DNA of 63,999 bases, the filler included, from Dimargaris cristalligena (taxonomy: Eukaryota): the NCBI GenBank assembly GCA_003614675.1. It is 9 parts of 9 records of this genome, joined end to end, with 100 filler letters (N's around TTAATTAATTAA, not from the genome) between each part and the next. Parts side by side here need not be neighbours in the genome. Positions count along the whole stretch, not along the records: positions 58,434 to 63,999 come from ML003612.1; 8 more parts are not named here. One strand, 5' to 3'. The notes beneath the pieces were generated by a model, which saw nothing but the letters and a program-made list of their open reading frames with translations, was not told where the DNA came from and ran no database searches. Shown piece by piece: positions 63,497-63,999 of this stretch. Within the stretch, counting starts at the first letter, position 1, and each line of letters starts with the position of its first letter. The position numbers were made by a program, and so were the translations under genes.

Positions 63497-63999
63497 ATAT
63501 GCTGAAGGGCACCTTCAGTGGCCACAATAAATCTCTAACAATTATCAGCCATTATAGGAATTTTCTGTAAGTATTGTAATACATATATAAATAAAAAGCC
63601 TAAAAAAGTTACATATAGCCTGTTTGGCTTAGATGAAGTAGAGTTATATTTAAAGTGAATCTAAGGCAGGCAACCTTTTGGCCATAATTTGCCATCTATA
63701 GTGAATATAATAAAGGATAAATGGCTCAAAAACCCCCAAAAGCTATAAATAAAGGGGGAAAGGATATGGGGAGGACAATAAACAGACCCTGGGAAGAAAC
63801 CAGGCCCTTATGGCAACCTACCCAACTTAGCTGGACAGGAGTTATTGTTATTATCAGTAAGGTGGGGGGCCACAGGACAAGGTCACCACCAAGGTAGAAA
63901 AATAATAGTAACTAAACTAAACTAAGCAACTAGCCTAAATGGCTGGGGAAGGGGCAGGTAGCCTAGAGGCCAGGGAGGAGGTCCAGATGGTTCCAGAGT

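Noticed and set aside
63700..63999. CpG-free segment with faint resemblance to an LTR on the minus strand
   Set aside because: No convincing alignment to family A or defined termini before the window ends.

Overview
Not one locus. The window is nine eukaryotic contigs of about 7.2 kb, sorted by decreasing length and joined by artificial 100-nt linkers (44 N + TTAATTAATTAA + 44 N). They are C1 1-7247, C2 7348-14592, C3 14693-21930, C4 22031-29220, C5 29321-36503, C6 36604-43782, C7 43883-51059, C8 51160-58333 and C9 58434-end. Genes have spliceosomal introns and look like those of an early-diverging terrestrial fungus. My inference is Zoopagomycota, possibly a Dimargaritales-type mycoparasite; this is unverified. 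C4 is compositionally different and may come from a second fungus. Housekeeping genes: GAPDH, carnosine N-methyltransferase, OCRL-type 5-phosphatase, TatD, DUF1749 hydrolase, Cdc10 septin, alpha-tubulin (5' end), mL59, Clr4/SUV39 and Utp22. TE-rich stretches hold Gypsy, Copia and MITE relics with heavy C-to-T decay. Highlights: (1) effector-like genes that fuse a signal peptide to a normally intracellular domain, namely two related secreted F-box proteins and one secreted C2H2 zinc-finger protein; (2) a multi-exon CEP104 (ciliary-tip/centriole protein) homolog head-to-head with alpha-tubulin; (3) repeat-restricted CpG plus CpA hypermutation; (4) a dUTPase-bearing Gypsy element; (5) a MITE family with an ATAT target-site duplication supported by an empty-site comparison. 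All family assignments are from motif recognition by eye; no searches were run.
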